Positions 10,040-20,464 of a stretch of 64,000 nucleotides of DNA are shown in pieces. The stretch's first letter is position 1; each line of letters starts with the position of its first letter. The notes under the pieces were generated by a model that did not search any database, had not been told where the DNA came from, and worked only from the letters and a program-made list of their open reading frames with translations. Source of the stretch: an uncultured Gemmatimonadota bacterium (lineage in GTDB: Bacteria; JAAXHH01); assembly GCA_951812955.1 (NCBI GenBank), contig OX638340.1, forward strand, positions 448,001 through 512,000, given 5' to 3'. A program made the position numbers and the translations under genes.

Positions 10040-12286
10040 TCAACTCCCCTTCGACTCTACTGTTTTATCGATCTCGGGGGCCGTTCCTACCGGCTCCTCG
10101 TCCGATCCGTCCTCCGATGGGACTCCGTTACCATCCACTGAAGGCGCATCAGATGTCGATGCTTCAGTGTTCGACGCAGTGTTCGACGCTTCCGGCTTTT
10201 CCGTGCCAGGTTCCGGGGATTGCACTGATTCTGCAGCCTGCCCAGACTCCGAGGCCTTGGCAGACTCTTCGGTCTCGGCGGTCTGCCCAGACTCCGCGGC
10301 CTGCTCAGCCTCAGCGGCCTTCGCAGTCTCCGCGGCCTTCGCAGCCTCCTCAGCCTCGGCGGCAAGTCTTTCGCGCTCCTGTTCCATCGCCTCGAATTTG
10401 TCCTTCCCATATATGAGCTTTGCTACTTCATCCCTTATGAGCGTATCGTGCTCCAGCAGGGCCTTGGCCACGAGATGAAGCTGGGGTTCGTAGTCCCTGA
10501 GCAGTTTCTCCACCCGGTCTCCGGCTTCGGACACGAACCGCTGGATCTCCTGGTCGATCCGGTGGGCGGTTGTTTCGCTGTAGTTCGGCTGGTGGGCGAT
10601 ATCCCGGCCCAGGAAGACCTCGTGCTCCTTCTCGCCCAGGGCCGTGGCCCCAATTTCCTCGCTCATCCCCCAGTCGCATACCATGTGGCGGCTGATCCGG
10701 GTGACCTGTTCGATATCGCTTTGCGCGCCGGAGGTGACTTCCCCGAAGACGATCTGCTCGGCCGCGCGGCCTCCCAGTGCCGCGGCCATCGTGCCCAGGC
10801 AGTACGAGCGGGACTGCAGGTAGCGCTCCTCCGGCAGGGAAATAGTCACGCCCAAACCGCGGCCCTGCGGCAGGATCGTCACCTTGTGCAGTGGGTCGAT
10901 TTCTTCGATGAGTTCGAAGGCGAGGGCATGGCCGGCCTCGTGGTAGGCCACGACTTTCCGCTCCTTGTCGCTGATCACGAGATGCCGCTTCGCGCCCATC
11001 ATCATCTTCTCTTTCGCCTCTTCGAAATCCTCGTTCGTCACGGAGGTGTGGTCGTACCGCGCGGCAATCAGGGCGGCTTCGTTCACCATGTTAGCCAGGT
11101 CCGCCCCGACCATCCCAGGCACGCCCTTGGCCAGCACGTCGAGCTTGACCGAGTCGTCGAGCGGGATTTTGCGGCTCTTCACATGTATCTCAAGGATCTT
11201 TTCCCGACCCACCACATCGGGCCGGTCGACGACGATATGGCGGTCGAAGCGGCCGGGACGGAGCAGGGCGGGGTCGAGCACGTCCGGCCGGTTGGTTGCG
11301 CCGATCACGATGATGGAATCCGTCTTTTCGAAGCCGTCCAGCCCCACCAGCAACTGGTTCAGGGTTTGTTCCCGCTCGTCGTGCCCGCCGCCGAGGCCGG
11401 CGCCGCGGTGACGGCCGATGGCGTCGATTTCATCGATGAAGATGATACACGGGGCGTTCTGGCGGGCCTGGTCGAAGAGATCGCGCACGCGGGAGGCGCC
11501 GACCCCGACAAACATCTCGACGAAGTCTGATCCGCTCATGCTGAAGAAGGGCACGCCCGCCTCGCCTGCCACGGCCTTGGCCAGCAGGGTCTTGCCGGTA
11601 CCCGGGGGGCCCAGCAGCAGTGCGCCTTTCGGTATGCGGCCGCCCAGGGCGTGGAACTTGTCCGGATTCTTCAGAAATTCCACGATTTCCTGCAGGTCGC
11701 GCTTGGCTTCGAGCACCCCCGCCACGTCGGCGAAGGTGATGGAGGGCCGATCTTCGACGATCATCTTGGCCCGGCTCTTGCCAAAGGAGAACATGCCGCG
11801 CTGTCCCGACTGCATCTGTCGCAGAATGAAAATCCAGAACCCGATCAACAACAGCCAGGGCAGGGCGGCGATGAGGTAGCCGACCCAGTTGGTGGCCTCC
11901 GGCTCGGCCGTCACCATGACGTTCCTGGCCATGAGATCGGCTACGAGATCCGGATCGTCAAAGGGGATGTATACCTTGAAGTCACGCAGGCTCTGGTTCG
12001 TGCCCTCGATCATCGTCGATGAATCCTGACGGAGCCGGCCGGTTATCAATTTCTCGGTGATGGTGACCTGCTCGATATTGTCGGCTTCGAGAAACTGCTG
12101 GAACTGCGTGTAGGAAACCGTAATCGAGCTATCGCCCCGCTGGGGAAGGAACTGCGCGGCCATCAGGAAGAAAAGGAAGAGCACGAGCCAGATAAGGATT
12201 GAGCGGTTCTTCTTCGACTTGTCCGGCTGTGGCTGTCGTTCGTTTCGGGGCGGGGGCTGTTGCCGTTCGTTGTGCGGTTGGGACAT
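10040..12286 (-). CDS. ftsH: ATP-dependent zinc metalloprotease FtsH, with a Pro/Gln-rich N-terminal extension and a ~150-aa acidic Ala/Glu-rich C-terminal tail
   Basis: AAA+ Walker [23 protein letters not shown], second region of homology, zinc-binding HEAGHAL, two N-terminal TM segments flanking a periplasmic domain. The tail contains [45 protein letters not shown]... Confidence 0.95.
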   Translation of the reverse strand: MSQPHNERQQPPPRNERQPQPDKSKKNRSILIWLVLFLFFLMAAQFLPQRGDSSITVSYTQFQQFLEADNIEQVTITEKLITGRLRQDSSTMIEGTNQSLRDFKVYIPFDDPDLVADLMARNVMVTAEPEATNWVGYLIAALPWLLLIGFWIFILRQMQSGQRGMFSFGKSRAKMIVEDRPSITFADVAGVLEAKRDLQEIVEFLKNPDKFHALGGRIPKGALLLGPPGTGKTLLAKAVAGEAGVPFFSMSGSDFVEMFVGVGASRVRDLFDQARQNAPCIIFIDEIDAIGRHRGAGLGGGHDEREQTLNQLLVGLDGFEKTDSIIVIGATNRPDVLDPALLRPGRFDRHIVVDRPDVVGREKILEIHVKSRKIPLDDSVKLDVLAKGVPGMVGADLANMVNEAALIAARYDHTSVTNEDFEEAKEKMMMGAKRHLVISDKERKVVAYHEAGHALAFELIEEIDPLHKVTILPQGRGLGVTISLPEERYLQSRSYCLGTMAAALGGRAAEQIVFGEVTSGAQSDIEQVTRISRHMVCDWGMSEEIGATALGEKEHEVFLGRDIAHQPNYSETTAHRIDQEIQRFVSEAGDRVEKLLRDYEPQLHLVAKALLEHDTLIRDEVAKLIYGKDKFEAMEQERERLAAEAEEAAKAAETAKAAEAEQAAESGQTAETEESAKASESGQAAESVQSPEPGTEKPEASNTASNTEASTSDAPSVDGNGVPSEDGSDEEPVGTAPEIDKTVESKGS

Positions 12287-12323
12287 TCGTCTGGAAGACC
12301 TCGGTTCGTTCGACGGGTTGGAT

Positions 12324-12929
12324 TCAGAACCCGGAGCAGATCGGCGCGGCTACGATAAGGTGGCGAAGGTCCAGGCTACCCTCGAAAGGATTACGGGACC
12401 AGTTCCTGAACATGTTGCGAAGCTTGCTTCGCGCTTCCGACAGCCTCCGTTTGACGGTGCCCACGGGGACGTCCATTCTCATGCTGACCTCGTCACAGGA
12501 ATAGCCGGTAAAATAGTACATGGCCACCGTACGCCTGAGCGCTTGCGAAAGGGCATTCACCCCATGCTTCAACTTGCGGCTGTTCGCCCGTTTCAGGTGT
12601 TCGTCTCCCGGCCAGGCGTCCTGCCCGGGTTCGAGCTCCGGCCACTCCTCGCCCCGGTTCCTCAGGTCGCCCACGTGAGCGAGGCACCGATTGCGCGCAA
12701 TGACACGCAGCCACTGGGGAAATCGGTCGCGGTCGCGGAGGGACGACAGTCGCTGGTAGGCGGAGATCCAGACGTCTTGAACGATGTCCTGGGCATCCTG
12801 GCGGTTTCTCACCATGGAACCGACTACGCGCCGGATCTCACGGTCGTACCGCTTGACCAGCGTCTCGAAGTCGTCAGTGCAGCCGTTCAGCACGCTATCT
12901 ATGATGATTCCGTCCGCTGTATGCGCCAT
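12324..12929 (-). CDS. RNA polymerase ECF-type sigma-70 factor
   Basis: 201 aa. Region 2 (DAQDIVQDVWISAYQRL) and region 4 HTH (VAMYYFTGYSCDEVSMRMDVPVGTVKRRLSEARSKLR). It ends 37 nt upstream of the ftsH start on the same strand. Confidence 0.9.
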   Translation of the reverse strand: MAHTADGIIIDSVLNGCTDDFETLVKRYDREIRRVVGSMVRNRQDAQDIVQDVWISAYQRLSSLRDRDRFPQWLRVIARNRCLAHVGDLRNRGEEWPELEPGQDAWPGDEHLKRANSRKLKHGVNALSQALRRTVAMYYFTGYSCDEVSMRMDVPVGTVKRRLSEARSKLRNMFRNWSRNPFEGSLDLRHLIVAAPICSGF

Positions 12930-13093
12930 GCCTTAAGCACCTGCCATTGGGGTTCATTCACTCCTGAAGCGCGGAAGCGAACGCTCCGCTTCACGCATTC
13001 TACTATATTCAGAGGACCGGGGGAGGAAAAAGGTTCGGTTTTTTTTCACACCCATCCGATCCGCCGGTAATATACCCTTAAATCGGGACTCCG

Positions 13094-14437
13094 TCAAGCA
13101 GCCCCGGCGGCCCGTTCGTTGGCGGATACTACGCGAATCTCCCGGGTCAGACCGATCAATCCCACCAGGTTGGGAAACATCATGCAGGCGACCATGATGT
13201 CGCCCAGGTCCCAGATAACCCGTGCTTCGTAAACGGCCCCGAAAAATGCGGCCGCGCACCAGGCGATGCGGATGCCCCACACCACGCCCCGGGAATCCGT
13301 CACGAACCGGAGGCCCTGTTCGGCATAGTAGGACCACGTGACCATGGTGGTGAAACCGAACATGAGCGAGCAGAGCGCGACGATGACGCCGCCGAAGGGG
13401 ATCGAGGTGTTGAGCGCGGAAGCCACGAGCGCAGTACTGATTTCGCCGTTGTGCCACACGCCGGCGATGACTACGGTGACCGCGGTCATGGAGCAGACGA
13501 TTATCGTGTCGATGAAGACCCCGATCATGGAAATGTAGCCCTGCCGCATTGGTTTGGTCGTCCGGGCGGCGCTGTGGGCGATTCCCGCGCTGCCGAGCCC
13601 GGCCTCGCTGGATATGACGCCCCTGCGGATGCCGTACTGAACCGTACGTGCGATCGTGGCTCCTGCGAATCCTCCGATCGCCGCCACCGGGGTGAAGGCG
13701 CTCTCCACGATCAGCCACAGGGCCGCCGGCAGGGCTTCGATGTGTGTGAATACAACGTAACACACGCTGACGGCGTAAACGACCACCATGGTGGGTACGA
13801 GCCTTTCGGCGACGAGGCCAATACGCTTTATCCCGCCGATGATGACCACGGCCAGGATGACGGTCAGCAGGAGACCGGTGATCCACTTGGCCACGTCGAA
13901 CTGGGTGCTCATCACGAGGGCGATGGAATTCGCCTGGCCGATGTTGCCCCCACCCAGGCCACCCAACGTGGCGCAAAGGGCGAAGATGGCGCCAATGGTG
14001 GGCAGGTTCAGGCCCTCCTTCAGGTAGGACATGGGACCGCCGAGCATGAGGCCGTCCCGGGTCTTCCCCCGGTACCTCAGCGCCAGCACGGTCTCGGCAT
14101 ACTTCGTCGCCATGCCCAGGGGCGCCATGGCCGCCATCCAGAAGGCCGCGCCCGGGCCTCCGACTGCGATGGCCGTGGCCACGCCGGCGATGTTGCCGTT
14201 GCCGATGGTCGCCGCCATGGCGGTAGTCAGCGCCTGGAACGGCGATATGTCGCCTGAATCCTGCTCGCCCTTGTCCCGCCGCAGGGCGCCCCGCATGACC
14301 AGGCCGATGGCCGTGCCGAACTTCCGGAACTGGACTCCCCTGCTGGCCACGGTGAGCATGAGACCCAGGATGGCGAGCACACCGATCGTCCAGGGACCCC
14401 ACATGAAATCGGAAATCGCGCGCAGGACGGCATCCAT
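13094..14437 (-). CDS. Alanine/glycine:cation symporter (AGCS) family transporter
   Basis: Start set at MDAVLRAISDFMWGPW (ATG at 14437, GGAGAAAGAGG upstream). Multi-TM with AGCS conserved regions (FQALTTAMAATIGNGNIAGVATAI; GLGSAGIAHSAA). Confidence 0.9.
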   Translation of the reverse strand: MDAVLRAISDFMWGPWTIGVLAILGLMLTVASRGVQFRKFGTAIGLVMRGALRRDKGEQDSGDISPFQALTTAMAATIGNGNIAGVATAIAVGGPGAAFWMAAMAPLGMATKYAETVLALRYRGKTRDGLMLGGPMSYLKEGLNLPTIGAIFALCATLGGLGGGNIGQANSIALVMSTQFDVAKWITGLLLTVILAVVIIGGIKRIGLVAERLVPTMVVVYAVSVCYVVFTHIEALPAALWLIVESAFTPVAAIGGFAGATIARTVQYGIRRGVISSEAGLGSAGIAHSAARTTKPMRQGYISMIGVFIDTIIVCSMTAVTVVIAGVWHNGEISTALVASALNTSIPFGGVIVALCSLMFGFTTMVTWSYYAEQGLRFVTDSRGVVWGIRIAWCAAAFFGAVYEARVIWDLGDIMVACMMFPNLVGLIGLTREIRVVSANERAAGAA

Positions 14438-14648
14438 GGCGTACCTCTTTCTCCGAAGTCGAGTTGACGTTGAATGTAAACGGCTTAAACCGGGAGACAG
14501 GTTCAATCTACTGAGCCGTGGCGGTGATACAAGGGAAAGTAGGGAAAGTAAGCAGCGGCCGGTCCCTTAAGTCCTGTTTTCATTGTCACCGCCATTGACG
14601 GCTTTTATTTTGGGAGTTCACATCTTTTCCGCTTCATCCGGAGTTCCC

Positions 14649-15791
14649 ATGGCTTACCGGACATATGGGGTGCTGCTGGTGAGTTTCAGCAGGCACAGCC
14701 ACCAGCGCAGCTTCGTTCCCGCCTTCGTGGATCATCCCCGAGTCCGGATCGTCGGGGTTGCGGACGATAAGGACATCGACCCATATCTCGAACCGCTGAA
14801 CCGGTCCTGGGCCGACCGGCTGGGCGTACCCTATCACCAGGGCATCGAAGCGGCCGTGCGGCGGTCCGAAGTGGACATCGTGAGCATCGGTCACGAGATA
14901 GAACGGCGCGCCGAGATCGCTATGATGGCCGCGGACGCGGGGAAGCACCTGTGGATCGACAAATTCATCGGCGCCGACATGGACGAGTGCAACGCCGTCG
15001 TCGACGCCGTGGATGGATCAGGTGTCTCAACCATCCTTCCCAGTTACGTTTACAACGATCTTGTCAACCAGTTCCGAAGGATGATTAGTACGGGTTTTCT
15101 CGGCGAGTTGACGGCGATGCACGTCGATATCCTCTTCGCGAAAGGGATTCCCCGGTCCATCTCGAAGGCCCGGTGGAAAACGGATTTCCTGCCGCCGGGG
15201 AGATGGAAGTTCCCGGACATCAAGCGGGAGATTCTGACCGTCGGCGCCTACGCCGTGGCTCTGGTACAGCAGTGTTTCGAACCCATCGCGGAAGTGTACG
15301 GCCAGGGCGGAGCCTATTTCTTTCCGGAGCACGCCGCCCATGGCGCGGACGACTTCGGAACGCTGACGCTCGTCGATCGATCGGGCCGGGTGGCCTCCAT
15401 ATCGGCAGGCCGCAGCGGTATCGCGTCTCACGGAGCGGGCGGACCGAACCAGGCCTACCTCTTCGGCACGAAAGGCACGGGTCGGATCGACGGGAAGCGT
15501 CCGGGTGTCGACACCCACTTGAGAAACCGCATCGTTCATGGTGATTTCAGCGTTGGCGACGACGATCCCATGCAGTGGCACAGCGGTCCGCCCACGCTCC
15601 TGGCCTCAACCGGCCCCGACTTCTCGACCGAAGCGCTGAAGGACCTGGTAAACGCGCTGGACACCGGTGGCAGTCCCCGCTACACCGTCCACGACGCGCG
15701 GGATCTCATGGAAGTCCTGCTGGCCGGATACGATTCCATAGTCCGGCATGGATCCGTGCAACTGCCGGTACGGGGCAAGGAGGCCTCGTGA
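14649..15791 (+). CDS. Gfo/Idh/MocA family oxidoreductase
   Basis: Start at MAYRTYGVLLVSF (ATG at 14649, GGAG 5 nt upstream). The N-terminal Rossmann-like region is followed by a GFO_IDH_MocA C-terminal domain. Confidence 0.8.
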   Translation: MAYRTYGVLLVSFSRHSHQRSFVPAFVDHPRVRIVGVADDKDIDPYLEPLNRSWADRLGVPYHQGIEAAVRRSEVDIVSIGHEIERRAEIAMMAADAGKHLWIDKFIGADMDECNAVVDAVDGSGVSTILPSYVYNDLVNQFRRMISTGFLGELTAMHVDILFAKGIPRSISKARWKTDFLPPGRWKFPDIKREILTVGAYAVALVQQCFEPIAEVYGQGGAYFFPEHAAHGADDFGTLTLVDRSGRVASISAGRSGIASHGAGGPNQAYLFGTKGTGRIDGKRPGVDTHLRNRIVHGDFSVGDDDPMQWHSGPPTLLASTGPDFSTEALKDLVNALDTGGSPRYTVHDARDLMEVLLAGYDSIVRHGSVQLPVRGKEAS

Positions 15792-16663
15792 TTCCCATCG
15801 ACGGGCTGGTGATCGGCGGTAAGCAGGATTACGACCTGTTTCGGGAGGACACCGAAGGGCAGGCCGGCATGGCCTTCGCCGGGGTACCCGGAAGCATGCG
15901 CGACGGCGGGGGCGCTGGATCCGACGGAGAGACTACGGTTGCCTCTGCACCGGGTGTGTTCGAAGCATACCGGCCCCGCAGGGTCCTGTTCCTCTCCCCC
16001 TACCGGGGCATGGCCGCGGACGTTGAACGTCTAACGGCAAGCGGCGTCGAAGTGCGGACTGCCGGGCCGCTTCCCAGGTTTTCGCCTCGACGGATCCACC
16101 CGCCCATCGTCGATATGCAACATGCCGACCGAGGTTTCACGGCGATGCTGGAAATGAGCCGGGACGCCGATTTCGGAGAGCCGGTATATCTGAGGGTGAT
16201 TTCCTCCCCGGATGGCGGACGGTGGAGCAAGTGGTGGTGCGCTTTCCGGCAGTGCCGCATGGCCGGTGCCCTGCTTGGTGCTCGGCTGCGCAGGATATAC
16301 GTTGCATCCACGGGCAGCGCGGACCGGGGGCATGTGTCCATCACGCTGAAAACGGAACGTGATTCCACCGGTCATCTACTGGTCGCGTCACGTGGATCCG
16401 GACTGCGGGACGATGTGTTCTTTCTGGGTACCGGCGGCACACTCGCCGGAGATGCCCTGCTCAATCGACCGGGCGTGTACGACGGATCGAACTACAGGTT
16501 GCTACCGGACCCGGCCTTGAGACGCCTGGCCGATCTGTGGAATGCAGATGCGGTCGCCGAATTGAACGGCGCCGAATACCGGTTCTATTACGGCCTTCTT
16601 CGCGCGATCGGAAGGGCGTCCCGATCGGGGATTGGAATATGCCTGGATTACCCCGGTGTATGA
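15788..16663 (+). CDS. Hypothetical protein translationally coupled to the upstream oxidoreductase
   Basis: GTG start overlapping the upstream TGA (GTGA), preceded by AAGGAGG. 292 aa with no recognisable motifs. Several shadow ORFs on the opposite strand make it lower confidence. Confidence 0.45.
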   Translation: MIPIDGLVIGGKQDYDLFREDTEGQAGMAFAGVPGSMRDGGGAGSDGETTVASAPGVFEAYRPRRVLFLSPYRGMAADVERLTASGVEVRTAGPLPRFSPRRIHPPIVDMQHADRGFTAMLEMSRDADFGEPVYLRVISSPDGGRWSKWWCAFRQCRMAGALLGARLRRIYVASTGSADRGHVSITLKTERDSTGHLLVASRGSGLRDDVFFLGTGGTLAGDALLNRPGVYDGSNYRLLPDPALRRLADLWNADAVAELNGAEYRFYYGLLRAIGRASRSGIGICLDYPGV

Positions 16664-16711
16664 TGTTTTTGACTTCTGACAGGTCGCACACTGTAAGGGA
16701 TTCGTGATACC

Positions 16712-17701
16712 ATGACCGTGATTGCTTCTACCGCGGCCAACGTGGATTCGGACGAGACCGTTCGCGCGCCCGTCGCCTTCCACCAACGCATGCTGAAAAA
16801 TCCCATGGTCTGCGCGGGTGGCGGCATGGTCCTTTTCCTGGTGGTCATGGCACTGGCCGCGCCGGTCCTAACCGGACTGGGTTTCCTCGAGGATCCCATG
16901 CGCCAACTCTCTGACGGGCTGGACGCCGACGGACTGCCCATCCCGCCAGGGGACCGGTTCCTGATCGGGACGGACCACCTGGGCCGGGATATGCTGGCCC
17001 GGTTGGTTCACGGCACCCGTATCTCCCTGTTCGTGGGTATCGTGGCCATGCTGATCGCAGTCTGCGTCGGAGTGACCGTGGGCATGCTCGCGGGGTACCA
17101 CGGCGGCTGGGTGAACACTGTGCTTATGCGCGGGACCGACGTGATGCTGACGATCCCGGGCCTGCTTCTGGCTATCGCCTTAGCGGGGCTGATGGACGGA
17201 CGGGTGATTCACCTGCATCCCGATGCGCTGGACTGGCACGGGCTGGACATTACGCTCAAACGCGGACTCGTCAGCGTGTTCCTCGTCATCGGCCTGATCA
17301 GTTGGACCTGGATCGCCCGGACCATAAGGGGACAGGTCCTGGTCCTGAAGACCCGGGAGTTCGTCGCTTCATCGCAGGCCATCGGCTGTTCGGACGTACG
17401 TATCATGTTCCGGCACCTGTTGCCGAACGTCATGCCCCTGGTCATTGTGCTCGGTTCCCTGGCTACGGCGAATACCGTCCTGCTCGATGCCGGGTTGAGC
17501 TACCTGGGCGTCGGCGTGCCGCCGCCCACACCGTCTTGGGGAACCATGATCGCGGAAGGGCAGCCCTACTTCATCGTTTCTCCGCACCTTACCATCGCAC
17601 CGGGTGTGTCCATTATCGTGGCCGTGGTGGGATTCAACCTGCTGGGACAGGGCCTGCAAGAGGTGCTGGATCCTTATGTGAAGGATGGACAGGGGAAGTG
17701 A
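16712..17701 (+). CDS. ABC transporter permease (DppC/OppC-like)
   Basis: 329 aa. BPD_transp_1 signature region (LISWTWIARTIRGQVLVLKTREFVASSQAIG) and the ...NLLGQGLQEVLDPYV C-terminus. Confidence 0.9.
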   Translation: MTVIASTAANVDSDETVRAPVAFHQRMLKNPMVCAGGGMVLFLVVMALAAPVLTGLGFLEDPMRQLSDGLDADGLPIPPGDRFLIGTDHLGRDMLARLVHGTRISLFVGIVAMLIAVCVGVTVGMLAGYHGGWVNTVLMRGTDVMLTIPGLLLAIALAGLMDGRVIHLHPDALDWHGLDITLKRGLVSVFLVIGLISWTWIARTIRGQVLVLKTREFVASSQAIGCSDVRIMFRHLLPNVMPLVIVLGSLATANTVLLDAGLSYLGVGVPPPTPSWGTMIAEGQPYFIVSPHLTIAPGVSIIVAVVGFNLLGQGLQEVLDPYVKDGQGK

Positions 17702-17709
17702 ACGGGATC

Positions 17710-19389
17710 ATGGTTGCCTGCGGATCTTACCTGCGTAAGCGTATATACCGGTGGCGTATATACAATGTGTCTACAAACCCTCGATGCGGGATCCTGGTTC
17801 CCCTCTGGCTCGCGATCCTCTTCTTATCCGCGTCCTGTGGAGGAGACGGCCGGCTCGAGCGGCTGCATCCCGAGGAGAACGTGCTGCGGATCGCCGTACC
17901 GTCGGATCCACGATCGCTCGATCCGGCCATCGCCTACGACGTGGTGACCTGGCCGCTCGTGCGCACCCTGTTTCACGGTCTGGTCGACTATGACGACGAC
18001 CTGAATCTGGTACCCTGGCATGCGCGATCATGGACGATCTCCGAGGATGGACGGACGATCACTTTCAAACTGCGACAGGACATACGATTCTCGAACGGCC
18101 GGCCGATAACTTCCGAAGATTTCGCCTATTCCCTCCAACGGATTCTGAATCCAGCCGTCAAGTCCCCCGGACAGGGATTCTATCGGAATATAGCCGGTGC
18201 AAGAGCGTTTCAGGACGGTTCGGCGGACCGGGTCTCCGGCCTGCGCACCCCCGATCTGGAGACCCTCGAGATCGAGCTGGTCCAACCCGATCTGCCTTTT
18301 CTCTACTGTATCGCCATGCCCTTTGCCTATGCCGTTCCCCGCGAAGAAGTGGAGCGGCACGGGGACGAGTTCGGCCGGTATCCCGTGGGATCCGGCCCCT
18401 TCACGCTGGCGCGGTGGCAACGGGGCACGGGACTGAGGCTGGAGAAGAACCCGGGCTACTACCGGGCGGACGATATCCGGCTTGAAGCCATCGATCTGAT
18501 GGTCGGAGGGGATGAAACCCTGCATATGATGATGTTCGAGCGCGGCGAGCTGGATATCGCGAGTGTCACGTCAACGGGTATTCCTGACGCGGACTTTATC
18601 CGGGTTATGAACGATCCCGTGCTCAGCAAGCGCGTCGCCCACCAGCCGTTGAACGCCATTCAGTACCTTTCGATGAACACCGAACTGCCGCCTTTCGACA
18701 ACGTAAACGTGCGCAGGGCGGTAAACCACGCCATCGACCGCAAGCGTATCGTAGGCCTGATCAGCGACCGGGGGATTCCCGCCCGGGGCGTGCTGCCGCC
18801 CGGCATGCCGGGATTCAACGAAGCGCTCACAGGATATGACCACGACCCGGAAAAGGCCAGGACACTGCTCGAGGAGGCCGGATTTTCGGAAGGATTTACC
18901 ACCGAGCTCATGGTCACGGCCCAGAGCGGTATTGATTCCAAGATCGGACAGGCGGTGCAGCAGGACCTTGCAGAGGTCGGTATAACCGTGGAGATCAGGC
19001 CGGTGACCGGTCCAACGCGAATCGAAGCGACGGGCCGGCGCGGCGCGGTGCCCTTCGCCACCTTCGGCTGGTACCAGGACTATCCTGACCCGAGCAACTT
19101 CCTCGACGTGCTGCTGAATGGCAACCGGATCACAGAGGTACACAGCACCAACGTGGCGTTCTATGACAATGAGCGGGTCAATGCTTTACTGAACGAAGCG
19201 TCCTCCAGTACCGATCAGGGCCATCGACTGGCCCTGTACCAGGAAGCGGAACGGCTGATCGTGGATGACGCACCCTGGGTGTTTCTGTACTACCCGCAGA
19301 TGTACCTGCTTCGTCAGCCGTGGCTGAAGGGACTGAAGCTCAATCCGGTCTGGCCCATCCGCTACGAACTGATGTGGGTCGAACCATGA
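17710..19389 (+). CDS. ABC transporter substrate-binding protein, family 5 lipoprotein
   Basis: Start at the ATG at 17710, just after the permease stop. Signal peptide plus lipobox-like ...LFLSASCGG. Family-5 SBP length. The longer track ORF (from 17302) is the overlapping alternative frame of the permease. Confidence 0.85.
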   Translation: MVACGSYLRKRIYRWRIYNVSTNPRCGILVPLWLAILFLSASCGGDGRLERLHPEENVLRIAVPSDPRSLDPAIAYDVVTWPLVRTLFHGLVDYDDDLNLVPWHARSWTISEDGRTITFKLRQDIRFSNGRPITSEDFAYSLQRILNPAVKSPGQGFYRNIAGARAFQDGSADRVSGLRTPDLETLEIELVQPDLPFLYCIAMPFAYAVPREEVERHGDEFGRYPVGSGPFTLARWQRGTGLRLEKNPGYYRADDIRLEAIDLMVGGDETLHMMMFERGELDIASVTSTGIPDADFIRVMNDPVLSKRVAHQPLNAIQYLSMNTELPPFDNVNVRRAVNHAIDRKRIVGLISDRGIPARGVLPPGMPGFNEALTGYDHDPEKARTLLEEAGFSEGFTTELMVTAQSGIDSKIGQAVQQDLAEVGITVEIRPVTGPTRIEATGRRGAVPFATFGWYQDYPDPSNFLDVLLNGNRITEVHSTNVAFYDNERVNALLNEASSSTDQGHRLALYQEAERLIVDDAPWVFLYYPQMYLLRQPWLKGLKLNPVWPIRYELMWVEP

Positions 19390-19420
19390 AAAACAAGACG
19401 GACCATCGCGGAAGACCAAC

Positions 19421-20341
19421 ATGCTGAATCGAATCCTGCGGCGCCTTGGCTGGGCAGTCGTGATACTGTGGGGAACGACGGTGATTACGTTTCTCATCGT
19501 CCACGCGGTTCCGGCCGATCCGGTCAGAGTATACGCGGGGGCGAACGCGGACGCGGAGACGATCGAGCGGATCCGATCGGAAATGGGTTTCGACGATCCC
19601 CTTGTCGTACAGTACGGACGCTACATCGGCAACCTGTTGCAGGGCGACCTCGGCACGTCCCTGGTGACGGGAGAACGGGTGCTTGACGCCATTCTGGTGC
19701 GGTTTCCCGTCACTTTCTCCCTGGCCCTGACAGCGGTTTTCCTTTGGATGCTGATGAGTGTGCCCCTGGGTGTCCTTACGGCGAAGTACAGGGGCCGAGC
19801 CATCGACCGGACCGTGCTCATCGTATCCCTGGTCGCCATATCCCTGCCCGTCTTCTGGCTGGCGCGCATGTTGCAATACTACCTGGCCTACCGGACCGGC
19901 TTGTTTCCCGTGGGCGGGCTGGCGGGCTGGACCCACATCATTCTGCCCGCGGTGACTCTTGCCCTGGTCATTACGGGTTACTACGCCCGATTGGTCCACA
20001 CGAACATGGTGGAGGTGCTGAACGCCGATTACGTGCGCGTGGCCCGTGCCAAGGGGATCCCCGAGTATGTCGTGTTGTTCAAGCATGGACTGCGGAACGC
20101 GGTAATCCCCGTCATCACCATCCTAGGCCTCGACATGGCTGCGCTCATGGGCGGCGTGGTGTTCACCGAGAACGTATTCGCCCTGCCCGGACTGGGCGTC
20201 CTGGCCCTGCAATCGGTCTTCAATCTCGACGTTCCCATGATCATGGGCGTCGTACTCTTCTCGGCCGCGATGGTAGTCTGTGCCAATATCGTGGTCGATT
20301 TCGTGTACATGTGGATCGATCCGAGAGTCGAAGGAACTTAG
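19421..20341 (+). CDS. ABC transporter permease (DppB/OppB-like)
   Basis: 306 aa. N-terminal MLNRILRRLGWAVVILWGTTVITFLIVHAVPADP, an ARAKGIPEY motif, and the ...WIDPRVEGT C-terminus. Confidence 0.9.
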   Translation: MLNRILRRLGWAVVILWGTTVITFLIVHAVPADPVRVYAGANADAETIERIRSEMGFDDPLVVQYGRYIGNLLQGDLGTSLVTGERVLDAILVRFPVTFSLALTAVFLWMLMSVPLGVLTAKYRGRAIDRTVLIVSLVAISLPVFWLARMLQYYLAYRTGLFPVGGLAGWTHIILPAVTLALVITGYYARLVHTNMVEVLNADYVRVARAKGIPEYVVLFKHGLRNAVIPVITILGLDMAALMGGVVFTENVFALPGLGVLALQSVFNLDVPMIMGVVLFSAAMVVCANIVVDFVYMWIDPRVEGT

Positions 20342-20464
20342 CGATTTGCGGATCGGGGTCCTGCAAAGCGCTGCAGGTTGCTACGGCAACTGCCGCAACT
20401 GCTGCGACCCGCCGCACGCACGCGGACGCTAGCCGTAATCAGGAAATCAGCGCGGTGGCGCTGG

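Noticed and set aside
10448-11530. 360-aa plus-strand ORF inside ftsH
   Set aside because: Antisense shadow ORF of a very confidently called gene.
13020-13093. A/T runs suggesting a terminator after the AGCS gene
   Set aside because: No convincing GC-rich stem could be paired.
14438-14648. Possible glycine riboswitch upstream of the alanine/glycine symporter
   Set aside because: I looked for the GGAGAG and CCGAAGG aptamer cores on the minus strand and did not find them.
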